Source of the DNA: Prochlorococcus sp. AG-355-A18
Lineage (GTDB): Bacteria > Cyanobacteriota > Cyanobacteriia > PCC-6307 > Cyanobiaceae
Direction: 5' to 3'
DNA: 64,000 nt
Assembly: GCA_003280985.1 (NCBI GenBank)
Contig: QCDH01000003.1
Location: forward strand, 9,591-73,590
Positions 23,059 through 33,906 of the stretch are shown here, one piece after another. The notes beneath the pieces were generated by a model. That model saw nothing but the letters and a program-made list of their open reading frames with translations. It was not told where the DNA came from and ran no database searches. The position numbers and the translations under genes were made by a program. Every line of letters begins with the position of its first letter. Positions within the stretch are counted from its first letter, which is position 1.

Positions 23059-25619
23059 ACAACAATATTCATAATTTTTCCTTTAACAATAATTATTTTT
23101 CTTATTTCCTTATCTTGCGTCCATTTTAAAATGTTAGGTCTTTTAAGAGTCAATTCTTTAATTTGATGTTCACTCATATCATTATTAATATTTAGTTTGT
23201 CTCTAACTTTTCCATTCACTTGTATTACTAGTTCATATGAATCTTCCTTTAATGCCTCGGCATTAAATGAAGGCCAGTGTTCTAAGTGTACAGATTTTTT
23301 AAATCCTATAAGATGCCATATTTCTTCTGCAATATGAGGTGCAAATGGAGCCAACAAAATACAAAATGTTTTTAAAGCATCAATTTTTAAATTATTGTTT
23401 ACGTCATTAATGGAATTTGATAATGAATTATAAAACTTCATTAGTTCTGAAATCGCAGTATTAAATTGGTTATTTAATATGTCATTTGAAATTTCTTTTA
23501 TAGCGATATTCATTGACTTTATTAAACTTTTTTCTTTATCTGGATAGGAATTAGATTTAATATTTATATCTTTTGCACAATTTATATAAAGCTTCCAAAT
23601 CCTGCTTAAAAATCTAAATTGTCCTTCAACATCTGTATCTCCCCATTCCAAATCTTTTTCTGGTGGTGCTTTAAATAATATAAACATTCTAGCTGTATCT
23701 GCTCCATATTTTTTAATTACTGATTCAGGGTCTATTCCATTATATTTAGACTTAGACATCTTCTCGAAAAGAACCTCGAGTTTGGAATTGTCAATTGGAT
23801 CTGTAGGATTTGATATGTCAGTAATATCAGAAGGAGAAACATATTTACCAGTTTTATTGTTTTTATAGGCTGCCGCCTGAACCATTCCTTGCGTTAATAG
23901 TTTTTTGAAAGGTTCATCAATTTCAAATAGTTCATTATCCCTCAAGGCTTTAGTGAAAAATCTTGCATATAACAAGTGCAATATTGCATGCTCTACCCCT
24001 CCAACATATTGATCTACAGGCAACCACTTATTTATTTCAATCTTTTCAAATGGCTTATTAGAACATTTTGATGATGGATACCTTAAAAAATACCATGATG
24101 AACACATGAAAGTGTCCATAGTATCAGTTTCTTTTTTCGCCGCTATTCCACATTTTGGACATGTAGTATTTATCCAATTATTATTATCACCTAAAGCATT
24201 AATCTTGTTAGCCGAGATTTCTATATCTTTTGGTAAGGAAACAGGTAATTCCGATTGCTTTAATGGAACAGATCCACATTTTTTGCAATTAACTATGGGT
24301 ATCGGACATCCCCAATATCTTTGTCTAGAGATTAACCAATCTCTTAGACGATATTGAATCTTATTTTCAGCCCATCCATTATTTACTCCCTCCTCTGAAA
24401 TTTTTATTTTAGCAATAGTATTTTCTATGCCATTGTACTGATTTGAATTAATAAGATAACCTTTTTCTACATAAGCTTCTTCAAGATCTTTATTTTGTTC
24501 ACTTTTATCCTTTATTATTACTTGTTTAATATCAATATTATTTTTCTTAGCAAATTCAAAATCTCTTAGATCATGAGCAGGTACGCCCATAACAGCACCT
24601 GTACCGTATTCATCGAGAACATAACTTGCCACCCAAATAGGAATAGGTTCAGAATTAACTGGATTTATTGCTGTTAAGTTAGTTTTTATTCCAATTTTTT
24701 CAAGTTCATTATTATTATTATTTTTCAAATATTGTTTAAGATTTTCTATATCTTGCATTGTTTCTTGATCAGAAATATTTTTTACTAATGAATGATTAAC
24801 AGAAATTGCTAAATAAGTAACTCCAAATAAAGTATCTGGCCTTGTTGTAAATACAGTAATTTTCTCATCTGGATTGATATTGAAATTAATGTTTGTACCA
24901 ATTGACTTTCCAATCCAATTATCTTGCATTATTTTTACTCTTTCGGGCCAGTTATCTAATTTTTCTAAATCCTTCAATAACTCATCCGCATAATTAGTAA
25001 TTCTTAAAAACCATTGCTTTAATAATTTTTTTTCAACTACTGCCCCAGATCTCCAAGATTTACCATCTGAATCAACTTGTTCATTCGCTAGGACTGTATT
25101 GTCTATGGGATCCCAATTAACTTCTGATTCCTTTTGATATACAAGACCTGCCTTGTATAACTCTAAAAATAGATATTGAGTCCAAATATAATAATTTTCA
25201 TCACATGTTGCAAATTCCCTATCCCAATCAACTGATAGTCCCAAAAGCTTTAATTGTGACTTCATATGAGAAATATTTTTTTTAGTCCAGACACTTGGAC
25301 TAATTCCTCTTTCAATCGCTGCATTCTCAGCAGGCAAACCAAATGCGTCCCAACCCATTGGATGTAAAACAGATTTGCCCTTAAATCTTTGGAATCGAGC
25401 TATTAAGTCTGTAATAACATAATTCCTAACATGTCCCATATGAAGATTACCTGAAGGGTAGGGAAACATTGATAAGGCATAAAATTTATCGCTTTTCTCA
25501 GTTAATTCATCGGTTTTGTATAAATTGTTTTCTGTCCATATTGACTGCCATTTTTTTTCTATTTCAGATGGATTATATAAATTGGTATCAGCCTCATATT
25601 GTTTATCGGGAGAAATCAC
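23055..25619 (-). CDS. leuS: Leucine-tRNA ligase
   Basis: [13 protein letters not shown] and KMSKS motifs. Confidence 0.98.
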   Translation of the reverse strand: MISPDKQYEADTNLYNPSEIEKKWQSIWTENNLYKTDELTEKSDKFYALSMFPYPSGNLHMGHVRNYVITDLIARFQRFKGKSVLHPMGWDAFGLPAENAAIERGISPSVWTKKNISHMKSQLKLLGLSVDWDREFATCDENYYIWTQYLFLELYKAGLVYQKESEVNWDPIDNTVLANEQVDSDGKSWRSGAVVEKKLLKQWFLRITNYADELLKDLEKLDNWPERVKIMQDNWIGKSIGTNINFNINPDEKITVFTTRPDTLFGVTYLAISVNHSLVKNISDQETMQDIENLKQYLKNNNNNELEKIGIKTNLTAINPVNSEPIPIWVASYVLDEYGTGAVMGVPAHDLRDFEFAKKNNIDIKQVIIKDKSEQNKDLEEAYVEKGYLINSNQYNGIENTIAKIKISEEGVNNGWAENKIQYRLRDWLISRQRYWGCPIPIVNCKKCGSVPLKQSELPVSLPKDIEISANKINALGDNNNWINTTCPKCGIAAKKETDTMDTFMCSSWYFLRYPSSKCSNKPFEKIEINKWLPVDQYVGGVEHAILHLLYARFFTKALRDNELFEIDEPFKKLLTQGMVQAAAYKNNKTGKYVSPSDITDISNPTDPIDNSKLEVLFEKMSKSKYNGIDPESVIKKYGADTARMFILFKAPPEKDLEWGDTDVEGQFRFLSRIWKLYINCAKDINIKSNSYPDKEKSLIKSMNIAIKEISNDILNNQFNTAISELMKFYNSLSNSINDVNNNLKIDALKTFCILLAPFAPHIAEEIWHLIGFKKSVHLEHWPSFNAEALKEDSYELVIQVNGKVRDKLNINNDMSEHQIKELTLKRPNILKWTQDKEIRKIIIVKGKIMNIVV

Positions 25620-25726
25620 TTAATTTTTATTTGTTAAATTATTATTTTAATATCCATTGTATAAAATAGAAATAAATTGTTAAAAGGAATAATTTATAAT
25701 TAAAATTTAAAATATATTATCTACAA

Positions 25727-26587
25727 ATGAAAAATATAACTTTTGAAAAATATCAAGGTAACGGAAATGATTTCGTAATAATAGATTCTAGAGGAAATAA
25801 ATTATATAAAAATTACAAGACAAATAAAATATTTGATATAAAAAAAATTTGCAACAGGCAATTTGGTATTGGAGCAGATGGTGTGATTTTTATAGAAGAA
25901 CCTAATGAAGATAATTATGCAAAAATGATAATTTTTAATTCTGATGGTTCTGAAGCACAAATGTGTGGAAACGGAATTAGGTGTTTAGTTGAGTATCTCC
26001 ACGTAAATGATTCAATGAATGATAAAAATATAAAATATAAAATTGAGACTAAAGCAGGTTTAAAAATTGCAAAATATATAAATGATGAAATTACAGTAAA
26101 AATGGGAGTTCCAATTTTAGAATGTCAAAATATTCCAACAACAATTGAGAAAAAAATAAATTCAATTCCTTCACACGAATTTATTGAGAAAGATTTTAAT
26201 AATATGGGTTATGCAGTAGGAATGGGAAATCCTCATTTAATATTCTTTGTAAAAGACATAGAGTCAATTGTTCTTTCCAGACTTGGTCCTATATTTGAAA
26301 AAAATGAATTATTTCCTGAAAAAACTAATGTACATTTTTGTCAAATTTTAAATAGAGATAATATAAAAGTAAAAGTATGGGAAAGGGGTGCAGGAGCAAC
26401 CTTAGCCTGTGGAACAGGTGCCTGTGCTATCCATGTAGCAGCTTATAAATTAGGTCTTTGTAATTCACAAACCATAATAACCTTACCAGGAGGTAATCTT
26501 AAAATTGATTGGTCAGAAGACGATTGTGAAGTAATGATGACCGGTAATGCTAAAAAGGTTTTCTCAGGATCAATGTTAGTAAATTAA
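25727..26587 (+). CDS. dapF: Diaminopimelate epimerase
   Basis: GNGNDF, MCGNG, ERGAGATLACGTG. Confidence 0.97.
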   Translation: MKNITFEKYQGNGNDFVIIDSRGNKLYKNYKTNKIFDIKKICNRQFGIGADGVIFIEEPNEDNYAKMIIFNSDGSEAQMCGNGIRCLVEYLHVNDSMNDKNIKYKIETKAGLKIAKYINDEITVKMGVPILECQNIPTTIEKKINSIPSHEFIEKDFNNMGYAVGMGNPHLIFFVKDIESIVLSRLGPIFEKNELFPEKTNVHFCQILNRDNIKVKVWERGAGATLACGTGACAIHVAAYKLGLCNSQTIITLPGGNLKIDWSEDDCEVMMTGNAKKVFSGSMLVN

Positions 26588-27759
26588 TGGAAAATGATTT
26601 TATTTATTTAGATAATGCATCCACAACTCCATTATCTGAGAATGTTTTAAATATAATTAATTCAACTTACAGGAATTATTGGCATAACCCTTCATCTACA
26701 TATGAGCTAGGGATAAAATGCTCTACATATCTTGAACAAATTAGATCTAAAATTGCTTATATATTTGATGCAGATGCAGAAGATATAATTTTTACATCTG
26801 GTTCTTCGGAATCGACAAATATTGTATTTAATAATATTTATGAGAACTTTAAAAATGGTAGGGTTGTTATTTCAAATGTTGAACATCAAGCAACAATTAT
26901 TTGTGCTAATAAACTAAGAAAACAAAATTGGGATATTTACGAATGGACTGTAAATAATGATGGAATTTTAAATATTTCTAATATCGAAAACATTTTAAAC
27001 AATGATACTAAGCTTGTATCAATTATTTGGGGACAAAGTGAAATTGGAACAATACAACCTGTCCAATTTATTGGTTCCAAATGTGAAGAATTAAATATAA
27101 TGTTTCATTTAGATGGAACTCAAATATTAAGTAATGGAATATTTAGTTGGAATGATCTTAAATGTGATTTTTTAAGTTTATCTGCTCATAAATTTGGAGG
27201 TCCAAAAGGGATAGGTATTCTTTTAACAAAAGAAAAGTCTAGACAAATTTTAAAAAATAATGACATATCACTTACTCAGGAATTTTCAATTAGACAAGGT
27301 ACACAAGCTTTGCCATTAATCGCTGGCATGTATGAATCATTAAAGAATATTAAAGGAAAAATAAAATTATATGATTACAAAACTAAATTTCCTTCTAATA
27401 ATATTAATATACTTAAAAATTATTTTTTTCAAAAAATTAATGATAATAATCATATAAAGATTACGGGCAGTATTAACCATAGACTTCCCAATCATATTTC
27501 GTTTCTACTATTAAATAAACTATTTGAGCCTATAAGGGCCTATAAGATTGTTAGTTTCATGTCAGAAAATAAAATAGCCATAAGTAGTGGAAGTGCTTGT
27601 TCAAGCTCATCTGGGAAACCTAGTTCAACTCTTAAAAATATTGGTTTAAAAGATGATGAACTATATTCAAATATTCGTGTTACTTTAGGTTCAATAAACA
27701 ATAAGTCAGAAATAGATAAATTTTTAGAACTTATTCAAATATGTATTGAGAAATTTTAA
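26587..27759 (+). CDS. Cysteine desulfurase, IscS/NifS-like
   Basis: YLDNASTT, SAHKFGGPKG (PLP Lys), SSGSACSS (catalytic Cys). Confidence 0.9.
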   Translation: MENDFIYLDNASTTPLSENVLNIINSTYRNYWHNPSSTYELGIKCSTYLEQIRSKIAYIFDADAEDIIFTSGSSESTNIVFNNIYENFKNGRVVISNVEHQATIICANKLRKQNWDIYEWTVNNDGILNISNIENILNNDTKLVSIIWGQSEIGTIQPVQFIGSKCEELNIMFHLDGTQILSNGIFSWNDLKCDFLSLSAHKFGGPKGIGILLTKEKSRQILKNNDISLTQEFSIRQGTQALPLIAGMYESLKNIKGKIKLYDYKTKFPSNNINILKNYFFQKINDNNHIKITGSINHRLPNHISFLLLNKLFEPIRAYKIVSFMSENKIAISSGSACSSSSGKPSSTLKNIGLKDDELYSNIRVTLGSINNKSEIDKFLELIQICIEKF

Positions 27760-28385
27760 TGGAAACCAATTACAGACTACCTAAAGATTTAAATGAATCT
27801 CTTAAGAATATGGAGGATGCAATTATTCCAAGTTTATTAGATTCTAATAAAAGATTTACTATAGAATTTAATTTTGAAGGATTAAAGTTTAACAGAATTG
27901 GAATAACTATTTACAAGATATTGACCAAAAATAATAATGTATTTATAACATTTGCTGATCAAGGTGCTGTGGCTTTGGCACAAAGAGACTATCCAGATAT
28001 CAAAGATAAAATTTTTACTTTTAAATCATTTAATGAATCAAATAATATAAATAATATTGATAGTGCAATGATATCGATACTACCTCAGCCATATGATTTC
28101 GATTCATTTGAACCAATGTCTGATAATTATCAAGGTACACATTATTCATTAAATCCAAAATTTGAAGATGCCAATATTGGTATAGGAAGTGTTATTAGAG
28201 AGCGACGTAAAAACTTTGTCAAAACATGGAAAAATATTTATTTTCTGCAGCCTCTAAATAAAGCTGCTCTTATGCATATTTATCCAAATAACTGGTTGCT
28301 TTTTAAAGAAGAAAATAAAAGATATTTTTTTAAAAAAGAATTTGAAATTAAACCCGATAATGAATCTATTTTTGTAAATTTATAG
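27759..28385 (+). CDS. DUF1995-like protein
   Basis: FADQGAVALAQRD...NPKFEDANIGIG pattern. Confidence 0.7.
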   Translation: METNYRLPKDLNESLKNMEDAIIPSLLDSNKRFTIEFNFEGLKFNRIGITIYKILTKNNNVFITFADQGAVALAQRDYPDIKDKIFTFKSFNESNNINNIDSAMISILPQPYDFDSFEPMSDNYQGTHYSLNPKFEDANIGIGSVIRERRKNFVKTWKNIYFLQPLNKAALMHIYPNNWLLFKEENKRYFFKKEFEIKPDNESIFVNL

Positions 28386-28392
28386 ATTTAAT

Positions 28393-29610
28393 GTGATAAA
28401 AAAAATTTATTTATTTTTCTTAATTGTTCTTGTATTAGTAACATCTCCTTTCTTAATAAGATATTTACTAGCAAATCAGAAAATAACTATTTTAAATAGT
28501 ATTTATTTTAATTTCCCGGGAATAATTACTAAATACAAAATATGTCCTACTTATGATGCTTTATTGAATCAAACTCTTGATAATACTTTTAGTGTATCAA
28601 TTATTAATAATAAAGGGGAAATAATAAGTTCCTACAATGAGGATATTCCAAGGTTGCCTGCATCTAATCAAAAATTATTCTCATCAGCTTATGTTTTAAG
28701 TAAATATAAATTAAATAATAATTTAAAAACTTCCTTATTTAAAAATAAAAACGATTACTATTTACACGGTCAAGGTGATCCAGATCTTAATTATGAAAAT
28801 ATAATCGAACTAATTTCAAATGTTAAAGAAAATAAAATTATTAACTTTAATATTGTAGAAATTGATTCAAAATTATATTGGCCTAATGGTTGGACAAATA
28901 CTGATAAACTTTACGAATATGGATCTCCAATTACTTCTCTTGCAATAGAAAGTAATCACAATAAATATGATGATATTTATTCATTAAAAATTTTTATTAA
29001 AAATTATTTAAAAAATAAATTTCCAAATTCAAAAATATATATAGATTTTTTTGATTCAGAAAAAACTTTTTATTTAAAAAAAATTAAAGAGATAAATAAA
29101 ATATATTCAACTCCAATTCTTTCATTATTAACTCTAACAAATTCTGAAAGCCATAATTTTACAGCTGAATCTCTCTTTAAAAATGCATCAAATTCATGGA
29201 ACGATAATGACTATATAAAATTGAAAAGATGGCTTGAAAATAAAGGCCTCCCAACAACTAATGCATACTTCGCAGATGCTAGTGGATTGTCTCGAAAAAA
29301 TAAAATTACAACTAAGTTAGTTGTATTGTTTTTAGATAAAATGAGATATTTTAATGATTTTAAAGCTTATCAATCAACACTTTCAATTATGGGAGTAAGA
29401 GGAACTTTAGCTAAAAGATTTGTGAATAGTGAATTATCTGGAAAGTTTTTTGGCAAAACTGGGACTCTTTCAAATGTCTTTGCATTATCTGGCTTTTTAT
29501 ATAAAAATGAAAAGCCAATAATTATAAGCATTATCCAAAATTCTAATAAAATTGATAAAGAAAAAGCTTTTAAACTATTACGTGATCTTTATTACTTAAA
29601 ATCTTGTTAA
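28393..29610 (+). CDS. dacB: D-Ala-D-Ala carboxypeptidase/endopeptidase (PBP4, peptidase S13)
   Basis: PASNQK (SxxK), SHN (SxN), GKTGTL. Confidence 0.9.
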   Translation: MIKKIYLFFLIVLVLVTSPFLIRYLLANQKITILNSIYFNFPGIITKYKICPTYDALLNQTLDNTFSVSIINNKGEIISSYNEDIPRLPASNQKLFSSAYVLSKYKLNNNLKTSLFKNKNDYYLHGQGDPDLNYENIIELISNVKENKIINFNIVEIDSKLYWPNGWTNTDKLYEYGSPITSLAIESNHNKYDDIYSLKIFIKNYLKNKFPNSKIYIDFFDSEKTFYLKKIKEINKIYSTPILSLLTLTNSESHNFTAESLFKNASNSWNDNDYIKLKRWLENKGLPTTNAYFADASGLSRKNKITTKLVVLFLDKMRYFNDFKAYQSTLSIMGVRGTLAKRFVNSELSGKFFGKTGTLSNVFALSGFLYKNEKPIIISIIQNSNKIDKEKAFKLLRDLYYLKSC

Positions 29611-29618
29611 TAAATATA

Positions 29619-30092
29619 TTATTTAAAATATTCTTTTAAATCCCTCTCAACAGAGGGGGGTACCATGTGATTAATTTCACCACCAAATTTCGCAACTTCT
29701 TTTACTAATGAACTACTAAGAAAACTATAATTTGTATTTGTCGATAAAAATATAGTTTCAATATCATTATTAAGAGATTTATTTGTATGAGCAATCTGAA
29801 GTTCATACTCAAAATCACTCATTGCTCTTAAGCCTCTAAGAATAAGATTAGCTTTTAAATCATTTGCACAATCAACAGTAAGACCAGAATAGGAAATAAC
29901 TTCAATATTAGGTAAATGAGAAAGAGAATTTTTAATTTGTATTATTCGTCTTTCAAGATTAAATGTTGGTGTTTTAGAAGTATTTTCTAAAACAGCAACT
30001 ACTAGATTGCCAAATATTTTTTCAGCCCTTTCTATTAAATCTAGATGGCCGTTTGTTAAAGGATCAAATGTACCTGGATAAAGAATTTTCAT
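29619..30092 (-). CDS. coaD: Phosphopantetheine adenylyltransferase
   Basis: [31 protein letters not shown]. Confidence 0.97.
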   Translation of the reverse strand: MKILYPGTFDPLTNGHLDLIERAEKIFGNLVVAVLENTSKTPTFNLERRIIQIKNSLSHLPNIEVISYSGLTVDCANDLKANLILRGLRAMSDFEYELQIAHTNKSLNNDIETIFLSTNTNYSFLSSSLVKEVAKFGGEINHMVPPSVERDLKEYFK

Positions 30093-30151
30093 GAATTTAT
30101 TATGATCGAATAAGAAATTTAGTTAAAATAAGATTATTAGATAATTCAATT

Positions 30152-30640
30152 ATGACATTAAATCTAGAAGCAAAAAAAATCTTATTAAGAAAAATACCTC
30201 ACGGATTATTTATTTGTGGCGTTAGAGACGAGGATAAAAATGAAGTGAATGGATTTACTGCAAGTTGGGTGACTCAAGGTTCCTTCACCCCACCATTAGT
30301 TGTAATGGCAGTCAGAGCAGAGGGTTCTAGTCATGAAATAATTAATTCCACCAATAAGTTCTCATTAAATGTGCTCAAAAGTGATCAAAAGGATCTAGCA
30401 GCTGTTTTCTTTAAACCCCAAAAAGCATTAGGAGGTAGATTTGAATCTGTTGAATTTAATTTAGGTGAGCTTGGATTGCCTATTTTAGTCGATAGTGTTG
30501 GTGGAGTTGAATGTAATGTTGTGGGTAGTGTTATTCATGGAGACCATACAGTTTTTGTAGGAGAGGTTCAATCTGCTTATCTAAATAATGATGTTGACTC
30601 ACTAAATTTATCCTCAACTGGTTGGAATTATGGAGGGTAA
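30152..30640 (+). CDS. Flavin reductase family protein
   Basis: GFTASWVTQGSFTPPL...GDHTVFVGEV. Confidence 0.9.
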   Translation: MTLNLEAKKILLRKIPHGLFICGVRDEDKNEVNGFTASWVTQGSFTPPLVVMAVRAEGSSHEIINSTNKFSLNVLKSDQKDLAAVFFKPQKALGGRFESVEFNLGELGLPILVDSVGGVECNVVGSVIHGDHTVFVGEVQSAYLNNDVDSLNLSSTGWNYGG

Positions 30641-30649
30641 TTATTACAA

Positions 30650-32608
30650 ATGAGTAATTCCTCTATCGAAAAAATTGATAATAAATATCATTTTAAGATT
30701 GAATATAAATTAATTAATAATAAGGAGTTATTAAAATCGAGATTATCCGAAATTCCAAAGTCATCTGGTTGTTATCTTTTTAAAGATATTGATAATAATT
30801 TACTTTATATTGGTAAATCTAAAAAACTACGCAGTAGAGTAAGTAGTTATTTCAATAATTATTCAGATTTAACTCCCCGATTAAGTTTGATGGTTCGTCA
30901 AATAACAGAAATAGAAATAATAGTCACAGATAGCGAATATGAAGCATTAAATTTAGAGTCAAATTTAATTAAAACAAACAAACCATACTTTAATATTCTT
31001 TTAAAAGATGATAAGAAATATCCATATCTCTGTATAACATGGAGTGAAAAATATCCTCGAATATTTATTACAAGAAGAAGAAGAAATAGAAATAATTTAG
31101 ATAGATATTATGGACCTTATGTGGATGTTGGATTGTTAAGGAGGACATTATTTACGATAAAAAAAATATTTCCTCTTAGACAAAGACCAAGGCCAGTCTA
31201 TAAAGATAGAACTTGTTTGAATTATTCAATAGGAAGATGTCCAGGTGTTTGCCAAGAAGTTATATCTACTGACGATTATAAAAAAATAATGAAACAAGTA
31301 TCTATGATATTTCAGGGAAGAAATGATGACTTAGAAGTATTTTTACAAAAAAAAATGCTGCAATTTTCAAATGATTTAGATTATGAGAATGCAGCAAAAA
31401 TAAGGGACCAAATTTCAGGTTTAAAATTATTAACTGAATCACAAAAAATATCAATACCAGATTCTTCAATTAATAGAGATATCTTTGGAATAGTTTCAAA
31501 AAAAAATGTAGCTAGTATACAAATTTTCCAAATGAGATCTGGTAAGCTCATTGGAAGAATTGCCTATAGTCAAAAATTAAATAATGAAGATGAAAATCTT
31601 ATTCTACAAAAGATATTAGAAGAGCATTATATGAATGTTGAAGCTGTAGAAATACCTTCAGAAATTCTTATTCAATATAATCTTCCAAAACAAGCAACCA
31701 TAGAGGATTGGTTAACGGAGCTAAGAAAAAAGAAAGTAAAAATCTTAATCCCAAAAAGAAATAAAAAACATGAAACTGTAGAAATGGTTTTAAAAAATGC
31801 GAAATTGGAATTAGATAGAATATTAAATGGGATACAAGATAATGAATCATCAATTGAGGATCTTGCACAAATACTTGAATTAAGCGAACAGCCTAAAAGA
31901 ATTGAAGGTTATGATATAAGCCATATTCAAGGTAGTGACCCTGTAGCATCACAAGTTGTTTTTATTGATGGGATTCCTTCTAAACAGCATTATAGGAAAT
32001 ATAAAATTAAAGATCCAAACGTTTTTGTAGGACATAGTGATGATTTTGCTTCGATATATGAAGTCATACATAGAAGGTTTAAAAAATGGTCAATATTTAA
32101 AAAAAGCGGAGGGGATTTTTCAATATTAAATGATAAAACGAATAGTAAATTAGATAATGAACTTCTATCAGATTGGCCTGATTTAATAATGATTGATGGA
32201 GGAAAAGGACAGTTAAATGCTGCTATTAAAGCATTAAAAGAATTAAATCTTGAGGAAGAAGTAACTATATGTTCATTAGCAAAAAAAAATGAAGAAATAT
32301 TTATTCCAGGCTTTACTAAGTCTCTTGACACTGAAGAAAATCAAAAAGGAGTTCTTCTATTAAGAAGGGTAAGAGATGAAGCACATAGATTTGCATTATC
32401 TTTTCATAGAGACAAAAGATCTAAGAGAATGAATAGATCTCAATTGTCCCAAATCAGTGGATTAGGACCATCAAGAATAAGAGAATTGCTAGAGCATTTT
32501 AAATCAGTAGATGCGATAAGAATAGCTAGTAAAGAGGATTTATCAGAAGTTAAAGGACTTGGAAAAAATTCAGTAAATGATATATATGAATATTTTAACG
32601 AGTTATAA
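30650..32608 (+). CDS. uvrC: Excinuclease ABC subunit C
   Basis: GCY/YIGK GIY-YIG domain, DISH, IDGGKGQ, C-terminal HhH. Confidence 0.98.
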   Translation: MSNSSIEKIDNKYHFKIEYKLINNKELLKSRLSEIPKSSGCYLFKDIDNNLLYIGKSKKLRSRVSSYFNNYSDLTPRLSLMVRQITEIEIIVTDSEYEALNLESNLIKTNKPYFNILLKDDKKYPYLCITWSEKYPRIFITRRRRNRNNLDRYYGPYVDVGLLRRTLFTIKKIFPLRQRPRPVYKDRTCLNYSIGRCPGVCQEVISTDDYKKIMKQVSMIFQGRNDDLEVFLQKKMLQFSNDLDYENAAKIRDQISGLKLLTESQKISIPDSSINRDIFGIVSKKNVASIQIFQMRSGKLIGRIAYSQKLNNEDENLILQKILEEHYMNVEAVEIPSEILIQYNLPKQATIEDWLTELRKKKVKILIPKRNKKHETVEMVLKNAKLELDRILNGIQDNESSIEDLAQILELSEQPKRIEGYDISHIQGSDPVASQVVFIDGIPSKQHYRKYKIKDPNVFVGHSDDFASIYEVIHRRFKKWSIFKKSGGDFSILNDKTNSKLDNELLSDWPDLIMIDGGKGQLNAAIKALKELNLEEEVTICSLAKKNEEIFIPGFTKSLDTEENQKGVLLLRRVRDEAHRFALSFHRDKRSKRMNRSQLSQISGLGPSRIRELLEHFKSVDAIRIASKEDLSEVKGLGKNSVNDIYEYFNEL

Positions 32609-32698
32609 ATATTAATTAATTTTTGAAAAATAGATTTCTTGATATTGTTAAATATAACTATATTAAAAATATATATATTTTTAAAATAATCTAGTAAT

Positions 32699-33265
32699 TT
32701 GGCAGCTGAAGCATATCTCTGGTTTAAATCACTTCACATTATTGGTGTAATCGTTTGGTTTGCGGGACTTTTTTATTTAGTAAGACTTTTTATATATCAT
32801 GAAGAATCTAAAAATATGGATAATGAATTAAAAATTGCCTTTAATAAACAATACATCTTGATGGAAAAAAGACTGGCGAATATAATCACAACACCTGGGA
32901 TGTTATTAGCTTTAAGTATGGCTATATGCATGGTTATTATGCAACCAAGTTTGTTAAGTGAGAAGTGGTTGCAAATTAAAATTTCTTTTGTTTTAGGATT
33001 AGTAATTTATCATTCTTATTGCTACAAAATAATGTATTCATTACAAAATGGGGCTTCAACCATTTCAGCAAAAAACCTTAGATTGTTAAATGAATTGCCT
33101 ACTTTACTATTATTTATAATTGTACTTTTAGTTATTTTTAAAAATAATTTTCCAACTAGTGTTGCTACATGGAGCGTAGTTGGATTAATTATTTTCATGT
33201 TGGCTTCAATACAATTATATGCAAAGATTAGAAAGAAAAATGAGAATTCACTAAGTAATGAATAG
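32699..33265 (+). CDS. hemJ: Protoporphyrinogen IX oxidase HemJ
   Basis: WFKSLHIIGVIVWFAGLFYLVRLFIYH...RLLNELPT. Confidence 0.93.
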   Translation: MAAEAYLWFKSLHIIGVIVWFAGLFYLVRLFIYHEESKNMDNELKIAFNKQYILMEKRLANIITTPGMLLALSMAICMVIMQPSLLSEKWLQIKISFVLGLVIYHSYCYKIMYSLQNGASTISAKNLRLLNELPTLLLFIIVLLVIFKNNFPTSVATWSVVGLIIFMLASIQLYAKIRKKNENSLSNE

Positions 33266-33905
33266 GGAAGACTTAGTAAAATTAACTTCCAATATTAATA
33301 AAAATAGTTGTCCTAAAAATATTAATTTTCATTGTCATACAAAATTTAGTGATGGAAGTCTAGAACCATATGAACTTTTAGAACAAGCTTATAAAAATAA
33401 CTTGAAATTTTTATCAATTACCGATCATCATACAATTAAAGCTCATGAATATATAAAAAAAAATAATATACTCAAAAATTATCCTAATGATTCTTTTACA
33501 TTAATTTCGGGAATAGAAATCAATTGTTTGATTCTAGGATGTTTAGTACATGTAATTGGATTGGGAATAGATATAAAAAGTAAATACCTAAATCCCTACA
33601 TCAATGGAGAGTCTCCAATAGGTAATGATTTAAATATTAAATCAGTTATTAAAGCAATAAATTTAGCTGGTGGCTTATCATTTCTTGCACATCCAGCGAG
33701 ATACAGGATTCCCTTTTATAAATTAATTCCAGAGGCCAAAATACAAGGTATTGATGGAATAGAGGTTTGGTACGATTATGAACTTAATGAAGTATGGAAT
33801 CCTAGTTTATTTGTATGTTCAGAAATAGATAAATTAGCAGATAAATATTCAATGCTAAAAACATGCGGAACAGATAGTCATGGACTTTCGCTATTTGGTA
33901 GATAA
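33258..33905 (+). CDS. PHP-domain phosphoesterase
   Basis: FHCHTKFSDG, ITDH, LAHP, GTDSHG. Confidence 0.92.
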   Translation: MNREDLVKLTSNINKNSCPKNINFHCHTKFSDGSLEPYELLEQAYKNNLKFLSITDHHTIKAHEYIKKNNILKNYPNDSFTLISGIEINCLILGCLVHVIGLGIDIKSKYLNPYINGESPIGNDLNIKSVIKAINLAGGLSFLAHPARYRIPFYKLIPEAKIQGIDGIEVWYDYELNEVWNPSLFVCSEIDKLADKYSMLKTCGTDSHGLSLFGR

Positions 33906-33906
33906 T